From Saccharolobus solfataricus (GTDB taxonomy: Archaea; Thermoproteota; Thermoprotei_A; Sulfolobales; Sulfolobaceae), in assembly GCF_900079115.1 (NCBI RefSeq), contig NZ_LT549890.1, positions 2,160,001-2,192,000 on the forward strand: 32,000 nt of DNA, in the 5' to 3' direction. This document shows positions 10,819-21,593 of the stretch, piece by piece. The number at the start of each line of letters is the position of its first letter. Within the stretch, counting starts at the first letter, position 1. A program made the translations under genes and the position numbers. The notes beneath the pieces are model-generated. The model did no database searches. It worked only from the letters and a program-made list of their open reading frames with translations, and was not told where the DNA came from.

Positions 10819-11562
10819 GTGAAGATAGTAAGTTGGAACATTAATGGTTTACGTTCAGCTTTAAAGAAGAATCTAGTAAACTTCCTAGAAAGTAATACGT
10901 TCGATATTGTAATGTTTCAAGAGACTAGAGGTGATATAGTTCCGCTTGATTTCATTATGATGGGCTATGAAGTAATTTCATTTCCAGCAAGGAGAAAAGG
11001 TTACAGCGGGGTAATGACATTAACCAAAATAAAACCCATAAAAGTGATTAAAGGTCTTCAAATCAAGGAGTTTGACGATGAAGGGAGAACAGTTAGCTTA
11101 GAACTGAAAGACTTCTACCTTATTAACGCGTATTTTCCTAGAGCTGGAGATAACTTGGAAAGATTGGATTTTAAGCTAAAATTTAATAACGGGATCGAGA
11201 ACTTCCTTCTTAAATTAAGAGAAGTTAAACCAGTAATACTTTGCGGAGATTTCAATATTGCACATCAAAGCATTGATGCGGCTTTTTCTGATCCAAAAAT
11301 CCCAGGGCTCACACCACAAGAGAGAGCGTGGTTTACTCATCTTCTCTCTTTAGGTTTCATAGACACTTTTAGATATTTACACCCAAATGTTAGAAAATAT
11401 AGCTGGTGGAGCTATATGGGAAATGCTAGAGAGAAGAATTTAGGACTAAGATTAGATTATTGTATTGTGTCAGAAGAGTTAAAAGATAGTATAAAAATGG
11501 CTGACATTCTGACAGATGTACAAGGCTCTGATCATGCACCAATTATCTTGGAATTAACATAA
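10819..11562 (+). CDS. xth: Exodeoxyribonuclease III / AP endonuclease (EEP fold)
   Basis: 247 aa with a GTG start. [24 protein letters not shown] and the C-terminal GSDHAPI motifs are characteristic of ExoIII/APE1. Confidence 0.9.
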   Translation: MKIVSWNINGLRSALKKNLVNFLESNTFDIVMFQETRGDIVPLDFIMMGYEVISFPARRKGYSGVMTLTKIKPIKVIKGLQIKEFDDEGRTVSLELKDFYLINAYFPRAGDNLERLDFKLKFNNGIENFLLKLREVKPVILCGDFNIAHQSIDAAFSDPKIPGLTPQERAWFTHLLSLGFIDTFRYLHPNVRKYSWWSYMGNAREKNLGLRLDYCIVSEELKDSIKMADILTDVQGSDHAPIILELT

Positions 11563-13218
11563 GTTATATTCTATAGTAGTATAGATTGCTCTAGCGTTAG
11601 TTCTTTGTAATAACATATCATACAAAAGGTTATTTAACCATGATGGTATAGTATTTATTTTAGGTAATACAGCGTACTGCCTAGCCATTTTTAAATAATT
11701 CAGATAACTCCCTCTACCCATTTGAAAGTCTTCTATTGCCCTTTCAACTATTTCATAATACTCTTTAGGATATACATAACTATCGAATAGAAGCTTATAA
11801 GCTGTAGCGCCTAAAGCAAATATATCCATACTAGGTAATGCTCCTTTATTCTTTAGCATGGCTGCTTCTATTTGATCTATAGGGCAGTAAAATTCTGTAA
11901 ATTCCCTAACATCTTCGCCAATTTTTCTAGCCGATCCTAAATCTCCTAATTTTACTGTTACTTTACCACTGGTTAAATTACTAAGAATTTCTTTCTCTTC
12001 ATTGCCTGGGGATCTGTTGAAATAGATATTTTGTGGTTTTACATCTAAATGAACATAGCCAGAGGAGTGAATGACATCTAAAGCCTTTGCTACATCCCTA
12101 ATTAGTACTCCTACAATTCTATACCAATTTTTACTTCTCTTAGCGTTTAAAAGTTGTAGAGCATTACCACCCTCCATTAGTTCCATTACTATATAAGGTG
12201 GTTTAGCGAGGTAGAGATAACTCTCTCCCTTCTCAATTTTTATTATATTATTAATATCTATCTCACTTATTGCAAATAATTGTACAACATTTTTAGTCTT
12301 GCTTCCGACCTCTTGTAAATTAATAAATTCCTTACTAAGATCCAGTATTATATTATTAGTACTAATCCTAGTCTGTCCTGGTGCGCTCTTATTAATCTTC
12401 GGTATCTTCATCGCATAGAACATATTTCCCTTTCGAACTTTTAGAATATAAGAGCTCCCACCTATAGCTATTAAATCAACAACTTCGTAGTCACCTATTT
12501 TATTTCCTATCCATAACTTTGGATCCCAATTATTGATATCTGGTAATCTGCTACTTTTCGTGAAGTAAATTTCTAGTAAATTACTACTTATAATCCCATA
12601 AGTCGGTTTTGGTAGATATATATTATATCCCTCTAAAACATTACCAACATAAAAGCTAGGATTTTTCTTCCGAACTTTTACTTTTACTTGAGAACTAGTG
12701 AAAGTGTAATTTTTCCCATCAATATTTATGTTCCACTTCAAGTTATCCGGTAAGCCATAGATTTTTATCCTTATCGTTCTTGAACCCGTTCTCCACGCTA
12801 ATAATTGTACTATATTACCTATTTCGTAAAATCCTATTAAAATCCAAATCATTATAGATTCTTGGATTAATTCGGCTATGAAGAAATTATATGTATATAA
12901 TACGACGTAAGATATTGATAATAGAACAGTTATAATCCCGTATTTCCTTACCGTCTTGCATTTGAAAGCCTTATAAAGAAATATTGAAGCCAATAAATAG
13001 GATATTGCGGAAAGTGATAATAAAGGGGGTAATAAGAAAGGCGAGTATAAAGTAAATGTATAAAGTATCCCAGCTAATGTGGAATATCCAATTGAGGAGA
13101 GTGAGCCTAAGGCTATTCCATACATTACATAACCAATAAAAGGAATTACTGTTGACACAAATACGCTATTTCTAGCAAGGGCTATCCTCACTTTATCATC
13201 TTTTATGCCTCGTCCCAT
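11554..13218 (-). CDS. Membrane-anchored eukaryotic-like Ser/Thr protein kinase
   Basis: 554 aa. About 5 N-terminal TM helices, a middle beta-rich segment and a C-terminal kinase: G-loop [12 protein letters not shown] lysine, catalytic loop HLDVKPQNI, and DLGSA (DFG equivalent). Confidence 0.85.
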   Translation of the reverse strand: MGRGIKDDKVRIALARNSVFVSTVIPFIGYVMYGIALGSLSSIGYSTLAGILYTFTLYSPFLLPPLLSLSAISYLLASIFLYKAFKCKTVRKYGIITVLLSISYVVLYTYNFFIAELIQESIMIWILIGFYEIGNIVQLLAWRTGSRTIRIKIYGLPDNLKWNINIDGKNYTFTSSQVKVKVRKKNPSFYVGNVLEGYNIYLPKPTYGIISSNLLEIYFTKSSRLPDINNWDPKLWIGNKIGDYEVVDLIAIGGSSYILKVRKGNMFYAMKIPKINKSAPGQTRISTNNIILDLSKEFINLQEVGSKTKNVVQLFAISEIDINNIIKIEKGESYLYLAKPPYIVMELMEGGNALQLLNAKRSKNWYRIVGVLIRDVAKALDVIHSSGYVHLDVKPQNIYFNRSPGNEEKEILSNLTSGKVTVKLGDLGSARKIGEDVREFTEFYCPIDQIEAAMLKNKGALPSMDIFALGATAYKLLFDSYVYPKEYYEIVERAIEDFQMGRGSYLNYLKMARQYAVLPKINTIPSWLNNLLYDMLLQRTNARAIYTTIEYNLC

Positions 13219-13304
13219 TGCTATCGTATACGAATTACAATTTAAAAATTTCTATTATGAACTTTGAGTAGATTATCATTAACCATTTATTCAGTTAAAA
13301 TATG

Positions 13305-13318
13305 CTAGTATATACTAG
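13305..13318. promoter_or_regulatory. Perfect 14-bp palindrome in the divergent kinase/permease intergenic region (candidate operator)
   Basis: CTAGTATATACTAG is its own reverse complement. An overlapping arm pair GCTAGTA (13304-13310) / TACTAGC (13319-13325) is also present. Confidence 0.25.
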
Positions 13319-13448
13319 TACTAGCACATCGTTGTTACTATGATCGATAGGTTAGATTTATTTAACTAAGTAAAAACATGTCGGAGATCTCTCCTTTAAA
13401 TTTTTGTGTCTAAGTAAATTTTATTAATCTAAAGTTTAGAGTGTCAAT

Positions 13449-14987
13449 ATGGAAAGAAAGCAAGTATTTGTTAGGGAAACTTCTGGTCTTATAAAGCACG
13501 TGTCCCTTACAGATGCAGTTATGCTCAATATAGCTAATATGTCAATAGGTATAGCACTATTTCAATCTATATCACCTTACATAACGCGAGGAGGAGTACT
13601 ATGGATAGCGTCATTAATAGGACTGTTCTTAGCTTTACCTCAAGCATTAGTTTATACAATATTCAATAGAAAGATTGGTAGAACTGGTGGAGATTATGTT
13701 TGGATTTCAAGGAATTTGGATGGGGCAATTGGTACTATTTTCGCAGTAGCATATCTCTTGGAGTCCACAGCGTTTTATGCTATTATCTCATTCTTCTCAG
13801 CATCATCAGTCAATTCTGTCTTACTGACTATTGGTTATCTTAATCATCAAAATTCGTTAATTTACATTGCAGAAAATGTAATCGTCAATCCTTATGCTAC
13901 TCCAACATTTCAACAAAGACTAATATTTTACGGAATCTCAGCGTTTGCTTTTGCAATAATAGTACTTATAAATATTCTACATTCTAAATGGGGATATAAG
14001 TTAGTGACAGGTTTAGGAATGTTCTCAATGCTTACCGTAATACTAGCTATGATAGTAATGGCGATCAACGCTAAGCGTTTTGATTCCTTAGTCTTGCCTT
14101 TACTGAAAGACTTTAATGTGACCGTATCTTCAAATCTACCTAAAACGATTTTACCCTATTCAATATCAATTCCAGCTACACTCTTTCTTTTACCATTATT
14201 TGCTCTTTATACGTATCCTTGGATGAATGCCGGTCCTGCTGTATCTTCAGAGTATAGGGGAGATCGCGTATCAAAACTCAATGTGTTTCTCTCACTCCTA
14301 ATTACCGGAATTTTCGTAACAATAGGATTCTTAGAGATGGATCTTATTGCTGGGTATTACTTTAATCTAAACGCCTTTCCATCCGCAATTTACAACTTCT
14401 GGACAGTAGCTATGGCGTTATCCTTAAATCCGATAATAGAATGGATATTGGGGCTGGGGCTGATAATGTGGAATTACTACGTCTTATCATATGGCGTTTT
14501 AGTATTTTCAAGATACGTATTTGCCTTATCATTTGATAGAGTGTTCCCAGAGAAATTCTCACAACTGAACGCAAATGGATCGCCAGTTTACGCTCACGTT
14601 TTCGATTTGACCTTAACGTTATTATTCCTCTTAATTCCAGTATTTTCAATAGATGCGGCTGTATCATTGTATGGCGCTTCAATAGTTGGGATGCTATATT
14701 TCTTAGCAGTGGGTATTTCAGCAATCATATTCGGACGAAAAATCAGAAGCGGGCTGATGAAGATTGCGGGGATTTTAATGACAGTCTATTTCGTGTATCT
14801 GACCTATGAAGCTGCAAGAAATCCTCTATTTGGTTTTTCAACAACATCTGGCGTAAACGTTACAACTTTATCATTTGTTCTAGGTTCTTTTATTGCAGGT
14901 ATAGTAATATGGAATATCACAAGGTATGTGAATTCAAAGAAAGGAATAGATCTATCTTTAACTTTTAAGGAGATCCCCCCAGAGTAA
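13449..14987 (+). CDS. APC-superfamily amino acid/polyamine permease
   Basis: 512 aa, about 12-13 TM segments. The N-terminal REtSGLIKhVSltDAvmLNIanM pattern is typical of APC permeases. A TTTTATTAAT box lies about 28 nt upstream of the ATG. Confidence 0.8.
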   Translation: MERKQVFVRETSGLIKHVSLTDAVMLNIANMSIGIALFQSISPYITRGGVLWIASLIGLFLALPQALVYTIFNRKIGRTGGDYVWISRNLDGAIGTIFAVAYLLESTAFYAIISFFSASSVNSVLLTIGYLNHQNSLIYIAENVIVNPYATPTFQQRLIFYGISAFAFAIIVLINILHSKWGYKLVTGLGMFSMLTVILAMIVMAINAKRFDSLVLPLLKDFNVTVSSNLPKTILPYSISIPATLFLLPLFALYTYPWMNAGPAVSSEYRGDRVSKLNVFLSLLITGIFVTIGFLEMDLIAGYYFNLNAFPSAIYNFWTVAMALSLNPIIEWILGLGLIMWNYYVLSYGVLVFSRYVFALSFDRVFPEKFSQLNANGSPVYAHVFDLTLTLLFLLIPVFSIDAAVSLYGASIVGMLYFLAVGISAIIFGRKIRSGLMKIAGILMTVYFVYLTYEAARNPLFGFSTTSGVNVTTLSFVLGSFIAGIVIWNITRYVNSKKGIDLSLTFKEIPPE

Positions 14988-15464
14988 GTCGAAGATCCTT
15001 TCAGCAAATTTTATCAATTTCTCAGTGTCCTTTTCATTAAGCTCTAAGGGTATTGAATATCCTAATCTAATTTTAATGTCATCTAACAAGCTTATGATAT
15101 CCCTCTCCTTAATTCTAATTTCGGCAATTCTATCATCATTTGAGTATCTTGATATTACTCTAAAAAGCCCATCAAAATCAAGGTACCAAGGTATGTCGGC
15201 CCCTATTCTTATTAATGTTGCATTCAATAGTAAGTATAGGGACTCTACGGCAGCTATTGCCGCGATTTCATAAAAACCAGAATTAAAATTGAATTTTGAG
15301 GCACGTAAAAGTTCATTAGCCCTTTGGAATAATGGTTCTAAGTTCACAATTCTAATGATAAAATTACTCTTTTTAATTTTCTTTACACTCACTAGTGCTT
15401 TCAGAAAGTTTATAGCTTTAGGCAAAGGATATACCACTAGATCATAGTCTAAGAACTTTTCCAA
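14958..15464 (-). CDS. Hypothetical protein with a HEPN-like helical core; start uncertain
   Basis: 168 aa with only a TTG start and no internal Met. The segment ANELLRASKFNFNSGFYEIAAIAAVESLYLLLNATLIRIG fits the HEPN helix-pair pattern, but I see no RX4-6H motif. There is no adjacent nucleotidyltransferase partner. Confidence 0.35.
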   Translation of the reverse strand: MEKFLDYDLVVYPLPKAINFLKALVSVKKIKKSNFIIRIVNLEPLFQRANELLRASKFNFNSGFYEIAAIAAVESLYLLLNATLIRIGADIPWYLDFDGLFRVISRYSNDDRIAEIRIKERDIISLLDDIKIRLGYSIPLELNEKDTEKLIKFAERIFDLLWGDLLKS

Positions 15465-15608
15465 AATACTAACGTTGTGGGTCGGTCCAAGAGCGTTGAG
15501 GTCAAGGGTTAGGGTAATAAACGTAAGAAAATATTTATTCTCTATTACTTTATGATATAATTCTATTGAAAATTATTGAAGTGACCCACAAAGCATTACA
15601 CTCAATCC

Positions 15609-16013
15609 CTACTTTATTGACAGCTTATCCATAATTTCCTTGGGCATCTCAGTGGATTTCCATATTTTTGGGTTAATTGCTATCTGTATTACATACCCTT
15701 CAGTAGTTAGTTCTCCATCTTTTAAAACCTTGAACTCGAACTTAATCGTCTTATTGGACAAGATTTTTGGGTTTAATAAAACTGTAAGCTTATCACCTAA
15801 CTTGACTGGTCTATGGTATATAGCGTGTGACTCCGCTATGACAAACCACAAGTTCTCATTAACTATAGGATATGGAATTCCGACCTTTTCCTTAATAAAT
15901 TTTTCTATAGTATTAGTGAAGAATCTATAATATGCAGCGTAGTGTGCAATGCCTTGAGCGTCAGTATCGTATATTCTAACTACATCTTCAAAAACGTACT
16001 CTATGTTCTCCAT
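15609..16013 (-). CDS. 4HBT/YbgC-type hotdog acyl-CoA thioesterase
   Basis: 134 aa. The N-terminal VRIYDTDAQGIAHYAAYYRFF contains the catalytic Asp signature of the 4-hydroxybenzoyl-CoA thioesterase family. Confidence 0.8.
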   Translation of the reverse strand: MENIEYVFEDVVRIYDTDAQGIAHYAAYYRFFTNTIEKFIKEKVGIPYPIVNENLWFVIAESHAIYHRPVKLGDKLTVLLNPKILSNKTIKFEFKVLKDGELTTEGYVIQIAINPKIWKSTEMPKEIMDKLSIK

Positions 16014-16072
16014 AATTTATGCGTTAGCTATCATTGATTTTATCTTTTTTCCTTTTAACGTAGATTGTTTGC

Positions 16073-16756
16073 CTAGAATTTAGGAAATATTACCATCATT
16101 GTGAGATCACTGAAGTCATTTTTCTCATTCATTAACGATACTAAGTTATCATAGACTCTTCTTTTTTCATCATCGTAACTAAGTTTCTCAAAGACAACTA
16201 TCCTACAGTTTAAGTTATTATCATAAAGGAATTTAGCTACCTTTTGTGGCCCATCTTTATGAGGTTCTGGTATTACTATAGCCACACGGCCCATCCTCAA
16301 TATGTTAAGAATATCATTCAGAAATTTCGATATATCTCCCCTTACATGTAGCGTTACAAAGCCGATAAAATTTATGTCAAGACCTAATCTAGAAAGTGCA
16401 ATATTTAGGGAGGATACTCCAGAGATTATATTTACCTTAACACCTTTACTTGCAGCAATGTTCTTTATTTTTTCCACGAATTGCCAGTCGGATACTGAAG
16501 GATCCCCATGATCAAGTATTGCCACATTTTCAGTTTTCCCGATTTCAATAACCTCTTCTAGCGTTTCACTCTCATTTTTATAGGTTAATACTACTGTTCT
16601 TTTACCTTCCAATATTGGTGAAAATCTTTCTAAGACTGATTTCCATCCAGCTACTACTACACTATCCCTTATTGCCTTATATCCCTTTAATGTAAGATAT
16701 TCCGGGTCTCCAGGACCTACCCCGACAATGTAAACTGTAATTTTACTCACCCTCAT
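16073..16756 (-). CDS. cbiE: Cobalt-precorrin-7 (C5)-methyltransferase
   Basis: 227 aa. Tetrapyrrole methylase N-terminus VGVGPGDPEYLTLKG with GDPSV. It is the last gene of the overlapping cbi operon. Confidence 0.8.
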   Translation of the reverse strand: MRVSKITVYIVGVGPGDPEYLTLKGYKAIRDSVVVAGWKSVLERFSPILEGKRTVVLTYKNESETLEEVIEIGKTENVAILDHGDPSVSDWQFVEKIKNIAASKGVKVNIISGVSSLNIALSRLGLDINFIGFVTLHVRGDISKFLNDILNILRMGRVAIVIPEPHKDGPQKVAKFLYDNNLNCRIVVFEKLSYDDEKRRVYDNLVSLMNEKNDFSDLTMMVIFPKF

Positions 16757-17756
16757 AAGTTGCTACTGCAATAGTAGAATTCCTACTTATAGCTATTTTT
16801 CTCAATATTAATTTTGAATTTCTTCCACCAGCTATTAATGCGGAAATTTCAGCAACCCCTTTCAAACCAACTTCGATTAGGGTTTTACTTGGAGGTGTAA
16901 GACAAGGATTCATAAAGTTGTTTATCTCTTCCTCATTTACTAATCTAAATCTAACATTAAATTCGTCAGCGATTTTCTTAACCTCTTCTCGAATAGACGC
17001 AATTATCCCAATCCTTTCTCTTTTAAGGTTGAGCCTTTCTAAAACCTTGTATATTCCATCTCTTATCTCTTCCATTTTTACATCTTTTTTAGAGCCTATC
17101 CCTATCGATATCTTCAGCGGCTTTAGCCATACTACGATCTTATCCTTATACTCTTTATCACCTCTTAACGATATAATGTAACTACATTCCTCACTATTTA
17201 CCTTTATATTTTCAGGGAAATTAACGTTAACATCGATACCATCTATACAAATACTCTCATCTCTTAATAGGGCTGCATTTATCTTTACAATATTTTCAGG
17301 ATTTATTATTTTAGCTATTAGGATATTGGCTATTCTCTCGATACTTAACTTGCCTTTTATCTCAGCAGCTGTAGTTATTATTGGTGTAGAGTTTAAAATT
17401 ACAGATAATTCTCTTGCAATATCATTGGCACCCCAATGACCACCTAGAAGGGGTATAACGTAGTTTATCTTATCGTCTATGCATACTATTGCAGGATCCT
17501 CAGTCTTAGACTTCGCATATTTGCAAACAATCCTCGTAGCTCCTTCTAGGGCCATTACAAATACGATTGCATCATAACATTTCCATATTGTTTCAATTTC
17601 TGCATCTTTATACCTGTAATGGACTACGGGTATTTCGAAACTTTTCAACTTCTCCTTAATAGTTTCGCCTGCGCTAAAAGCGTCTTCAGAGGCAGATATT
17701 ATGCAAATTCCTCGCCATAAGTTTTCTATCATTGTTAGTCTTCCTCCACTTTCCAA
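16743..17756 (-). CDS. cbiG: Cobalt-precorrin-5A hydrolase
   Basis: 337 aa. CbiG-like layout with a central GGHWGAND segment and a C-terminal ISIGIGSKKD...IASI module. It overlaps cbiF by 22 nt and cbiE by 14 nt. Confidence 0.8.
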   Translation of the reverse strand: MESGGRLTMIENLWRGICIISASEDAFSAGETIKEKLKSFEIPVVHYRYKDAEIETIWKCYDAIVFVMALEGATRIVCKYAKSKTEDPAIVCIDDKINYVIPLLGGHWGANDIARELSVILNSTPIITTAAEIKGKLSIERIANILIAKIINPENIVKINAALLRDESICIDGIDVNVNFPENIKVNSEECSYIISLRGDKEYKDKIVVWLKPLKISIGIGSKKDVKMEEIRDGIYKVLERLNLKRERIGIIASIREEVKKIADEFNVRFRLVNEEEINNFMNPCLTPPSKTLIEVGLKGVAEISALIAGGRNSKLILRKIAISRNSTIAVATYEGE

Positions 17757-18523
17757 GGCCTATACGAGTGATTATGTTTGGGATCGTATACACTAGATCT
17801 TACCATATTCTTGATCTGTTGGGGATCTGCTGAAAGTCCTACTATTATTACTGAATCCCTATATATCTTAGCTTCTCTAACCTTACTTACGATATCAGCC
17901 AAAGTTCCTTTGATTATCTTTTGCTCCGGCCAAGTAGCACGATAGACCACTATTACTGGAGTATCGTCAGTCAATCCTCCCTCCTTTAGATCATTAACAA
18001 CTCTGTCAATGATATGTATTCCAGTATATATTACCATAGTAGCTCCAATCTTTACCATTTTGGCGAAATCCTTTATGGAACCTTGCATTGGGACTCTTAG
18101 TGAAGCCCTTGTTATAATGACAGTTTGGGAAAGCTTAGGGACTGTTAACTCAATCGGTATTACAGAAGCTGCGGCAATAGCTGCAGTGATACCCGGTATA
18201 ACTTCAAATGGAATCCCCGCAGCCTCCAATGCCCACATCTCTTCAAATAATGCTCCGTATATTGATGAATCTCCAGATTTGAGCCTAGCAACCAGTTTTC
18301 CTTCACTTGCCTTCTTCACCATTATTTCCACTATCTCATTTAAAGTAAGTGATGAACTATTGTATACTTCAGCGTCCTTACGAGACCACTTTAATATTTC
18401 TGGATTTACAAGGGAACCCGCATAGACTATTACGTCAGCTGTTTCTATATACTTCTTCGCTTTTATCGTAATTAGCTCTGGATCTCCTGGACCAGACCCT
18501 ATGAAAACCACTTTTCCTATCAT
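17735..18523 (-). CDS. cbiF: Cobalt-precorrin-4 C11-methyltransferase
   Basis: 262 aa. VFIGSGPGDPELITIKA, VIVYAGSLVNPE and RLKSGDSSIYGA match the CbiF/CobM pattern. Confidence 0.85.
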   Translation of the reverse strand: MIGKVVFIGSGPGDPELITIKAKKYIETADVIVYAGSLVNPEILKWSRKDAEVYNSSSLTLNEIVEIMVKKASEGKLVARLKSGDSSIYGALFEEMWALEAAGIPFEVIPGITAAIAAASVIPIELTVPKLSQTVIITRASLRVPMQGSIKDFAKMVKIGATMVIYTGIHIIDRVVNDLKEGGLTDDTPVIVVYRATWPEQKIIKGTLADIVSKVREAKIYRDSVIIVGLSADPQQIKNMVRSSVYDPKHNHSYRPWKVEED

Positions 18524-18529
18524 TTATAA

Positions 18530-19198
18530 TCACCTTTTCTTTCTCAAAGCTATTATCATCGAAAAGTAATCCTTATCATTAATAATCTCCCTTTCCATAT
18601 TAACTAATTTTTCATCACTCATGAAACATCTTCTAGCATAAATTAAGTCGTATTTTTTGGAAAGTATGTCAGCTATTTCCTTAATGTTCTCATTAGCCTT
18701 AAGTACTATTATAGTCTCAAACACTTCGCTAGCTTTGGCAATAGTGTCCAGTCTTGAAGCTGGTATTATACTTATAGAATCCTCAGAATTCGCTAAAGAT
18801 ATCATGGCTTTTGAAGCACAAGCTGTTATGGAAGAAACGCCTGGGACTATTTCCACGTCAATACTACACGGTAATTTATTCTTTATTCTGAAAAAGGTGC
18901 TATATAATGTTGGATCGCCTAATGTGACGAACGCAGAATCGCCTTCACTTTCACTACAGATCTTCTCTCCTAGCTTTTTTAACTCATTCTCACTAACGTC
19001 CTTTGCCATAGGGAAACCTAATAGGACTAGCTTTGAATTGTTGTCAGCGTATTTCTTAACTATGTTCTCCGCTAAACTTCTATTGGTTCCAGTAGAATAA
19101 GGGATGAAAATAGTTCTAACCTCCTTAAGAATTTTCGCTCCTCTTAAAGTTATTAACTCGTCATCTCCTGGTCCTAAACCAACCACGTAAAGTTTCAT
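18530..19198 (-). CDS. cbiL: Cobalt-factor II (precorrin-2) C20-methyltransferase
   Basis: 222 aa. VVGLGPGDDELITLRGAKIL and TLGDPTLYSTF. The position and size fit CbiL/CobI. Confidence 0.8.
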   Translation of the reverse strand: MKLYVVGLGPGDDELITLRGAKILKEVRTIFIPYSTGTNRSLAENIVKKYADNNSKLVLLGFPMAKDVSENELKKLGEKICSESEGDSAFVTLGDPTLYSTFFRIKNKLPCSIDVEIVPGVSSITACASKAMISLANSEDSISIIPASRLDTIAKASEVFETIIVLKANENIKEIADILSKKYDLIYARRCFMSDEKLVNMEREIINDKDYFSMIIALRKKR

Positions 19199-19794
19199 GG
19201 CTTTTCACCAGAAATTATAAATATCGGATTTCTCGCCATCATTGCGGTGCCCACTTTGGTTTTCATACCTTTTGCGATTATCACCTCGGTTATTTCTAAA
19301 TTCACGAATCCAATTTTTTCCATCGCTGATAAGGCATTATTCACAGTTTCCAATAGTATAGCATCAATAACTATTCTTCCACCCTTATTTATTATTTCCC
19401 AAGAGGCTGATATTATTTCCTTAATTTTTTCCGATCCGCCTCCAATGAAAATCCTATCAAATTTCTCATTAATCGTGGACAATATCGCTGGTGCCTCACC
19501 CTTAATGAGCACTATATTGTTTAAAACTCCAAACTTTTCAGCATTTCTTCTTGTCAAGTTAATAGCCTTTTCCTCCTTATCTATACCGTAAACTCTACCA
19601 CTGTTTCCAACCAATAATGAAGCCTCTACAGTAATGCTACCTGTACCACATCCAATATCTAATACCTTATCACCTTTTTTTATCCTTAATTTGGATAAAG
19701 CCAAAGCCCTTATCTCCTCTTTAGTCATTGGTATTTCTTCATCTCTTTCAAAGAGGTTATCTGGAATTCCAGGTATAACGTAATTCCATTCCAT
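19195..19794 (-). CDS. cbiT: Cobalt-precorrin-6B C15-methyltransferase (decarboxylating)
   Basis: 199 aa. IPMTKEEIRALALSKL followed by the class I SAM motif VLDIGCGTGSITVEA. Confidence 0.85.
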   Translation of the reverse strand: MEWNYVIPGIPDNLFERDEEIPMTKEEIRALALSKLRIKKGDKVLDIGCGTGSITVEASLLVGNSGRVYGIDKEEKAINLTRRNAEKFGVLNNIVLIKGEAPAILSTINEKFDRIFIGGGSEKIKEIISASWEIINKGGRIVIDAILLETVNNALSAMEKIGFVNLEITEVIIAKGMKTKVGTAMMARNPIFIISGEKP

Positions 19795-20844
19795 TTAACA
19801 TCCCACCCTACTCAAAGACTCACCGTCATAATCGAAGATAATTACGCAGAAGTTTATATTGTCATTAAAACTTTTTATCCTACTCAATATTTTCTCCGCT
19901 ACAATGTTCATAACTTTTCTCCTTTGTTCTTTTGTCATATACGTAAAAGCTTCCTCAACTGACAAAGCATTTGATATTTTAGTTAGAGTACCGTAAGGAA
20001 GTCCTGCTAAAACTGAGGCATGAGTTAGCGATTCCAGTCTAGCATCACCTTGTGAATAATGAGTATTAAAAATCCCCGCATACACTTTAAGAAGCTTTGC
20101 AGGCAATCCAGCCAATATTACCTTCTTAAAAAGATTACTCGCTAACTTTATTGAATCCCCTATCCTATCTCCTACTTTTATGATACAGTTACTATCAAAT
20201 AGCTCTGCTGCATACTTCGCAGCAGAATTCCCAGGCGCAATTACTACATAGTCGTAAGACTGCCTAATTACGTTAAGCTCACATCTAATGTGTTCTAAGT
20301 AATCATCATCACTAACTGGTGTCTCAATACCAGTCGTACCGAGTATGGAAATCCCACCGACTATTCCGACCATTTTGTTTAATGTCTTTTCAGCAATGGT
20401 CTCTCCATTTGGCACTTCGATCGTTATTTGTATTCCCTTATCTGTAACTTCCCTTATTGCGTTGATTATCATTTCTCTTACAGTAGGACTTATTGCCATC
20501 TCACCCATAGTTGCTTTTAACCCACTTCTAGTAACTTTACCAACTCCCCTTTCTCCAATTATTACAATTTCATTATTCTCATTCAATTTAGCACAGCACC
20601 TTATTACTAATCCATCTAATATATCCGGATTATCTCCGGAAAATTTCTTAACCTCAGCGCACGATATTTCACTATCTATCTCAACTTTTTCCACGGGAAT
20701 TTCCAGTCTCAATCCTATGGGTGTTGGTATTACTACTGTACTTCTTTTCTCCTTATTAAGTAGACCTATAACTGCTGCCTTTGCGGCTGCAGAGGCTGCC
20801 GCTCCAGTGGTTATTCCAAATCTCTTCAAAGAGTTTATTATCAT
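19795..20844 (-). CDS. cbiD: Cobalt-precorrin-5B C1-methyltransferase
   Basis: 349 aa. N-terminal [15 protein letters not shown] signature of CbiD. Confidence 0.85.
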   Translation of the reverse strand: MIINSLKRFGITTGAAASAAAKAAVIGLLNKEKRSTVVIPTPIGLRLEIPVEKVEIDSEISCAEVKKFSGDNPDILDGLVIRCCAKLNENNEIVIIGERGVGKVTRSGLKATMGEMAISPTVREMIINAIREVTDKGIQITIEVPNGETIAEKTLNKMVGIVGGISILGTTGIETPVSDDDYLEHIRCELNVIRQSYDYVVIAPGNSAAKYAAELFDSNCIIKVGDRIGDSIKLASNLFKKVILAGLPAKLLKVYAGIFNTHYSQGDARLESLTHASVLAGLPYGTLTKISNALSVEEAFTYMTKEQRRKVMNIVAEKILSRIKSFNDNINFCVIIFDYDGESLSRVGC

Positions 20845-21593
20845 AGCTCATATTTCCTCTCGTAACCTCTTGGTGTTATCATGTAATTTTTATATCTATA
20901 TGTCAATGAGTTTCCTATTATCATTGTAGTACTCATACTTATTTCATTCATATATTCTTTCCATGACGATAAAGTCGTAATTATTATGTTCTCATTATTC
21001 CTATACGCGCTCTTGACTAGTCCCACTGGGGTATTTGGCTTTCTATGTTTTGAAATTATATCCATAACCTCTATTAGTAAATTCTCATTAATTAAATTAT
21101 AAAATACTATTACAAAGTCAGCTTCAGCAGCCTTAGTTACTTTATGTAAAATCTCCTCTCGTGGGATTAGTAAATCGCTTAAGCTTATTACTACAAAGTC
21201 AAGAGAAAGGGGACTTCCTAATCTCGCAGCGGCTGCTAATGCAGCAGTTACACCTGGTACCACTTCGACGTCTAAATCTAAATTTCTCCTTGCAATCAAG
21301 TCGTAAACTAAACCCGCCATTCCGTAGACCTGGGGGTCACCACTAGATACTAAGGCTACTGTATTATTGGACTCTAAGGCCTTTTCTATTGCAGTATTTG
21401 CCCTAAATATTTCCTCTTTCATTCTAGCCCCTATTACTTCCTTTTTGCCATCTAGGACATCCGATATTAACCTTAAGTATGTATTATATCCAATTATTAC
21501 ATTGGACTTTTCCAGAACTTCTTGCGCCTTAATTGTCCTTTGTTCTTTTGATCCTGGTCCGATTCCAACAATATATAACCTCCCCATTTTCAT
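20841..21593 (-). CDS. cbiH: Cobalt-factor III / precorrin-3B C17-methyltransferase
   Basis: 250 aa. [24 protein letters not shown] and [15 protein letters not shown] match CbiH/CobJ. Confidence 0.85.
   Translation of the reverse strand: MKMGRLYIVGIGPGSKEQRTIKAQEVLEKSNVIIGYNTYLRLISDVLDGKKEVIGARMKEEIFRANTAIEKALESNNTVALVSSGDPQVYGMAGLVYDLIARRNLDLDVEVVPGVTAALAAAARLGSPLSLDFVVISLSDLLIPREEILHKVTKAAEADFVIVFYNLINENLLIEVMDIISKHRKPNTPVGLVKSAYRNNENIIITTLSSWKEYMNEISMSTTMIIGNSLTYRYKNYMITPRGYERKYEL

Noticed and set aside
20-15273. Other short overlapping ORFs in the track (for example 20-223, 635-838, 1194-1424, 1898-2104, 2766-2954, 4034-4258, 5029-5298, 5518-5703, 8993-9199, 9510-9692, 10151-10369, 10493-10789, 14410-14724, 14804-15007, 15025-15273).
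   Set aside because: All are embedded in or antisense to well-supported genes and carry no motifs. I treat them as non-coding.
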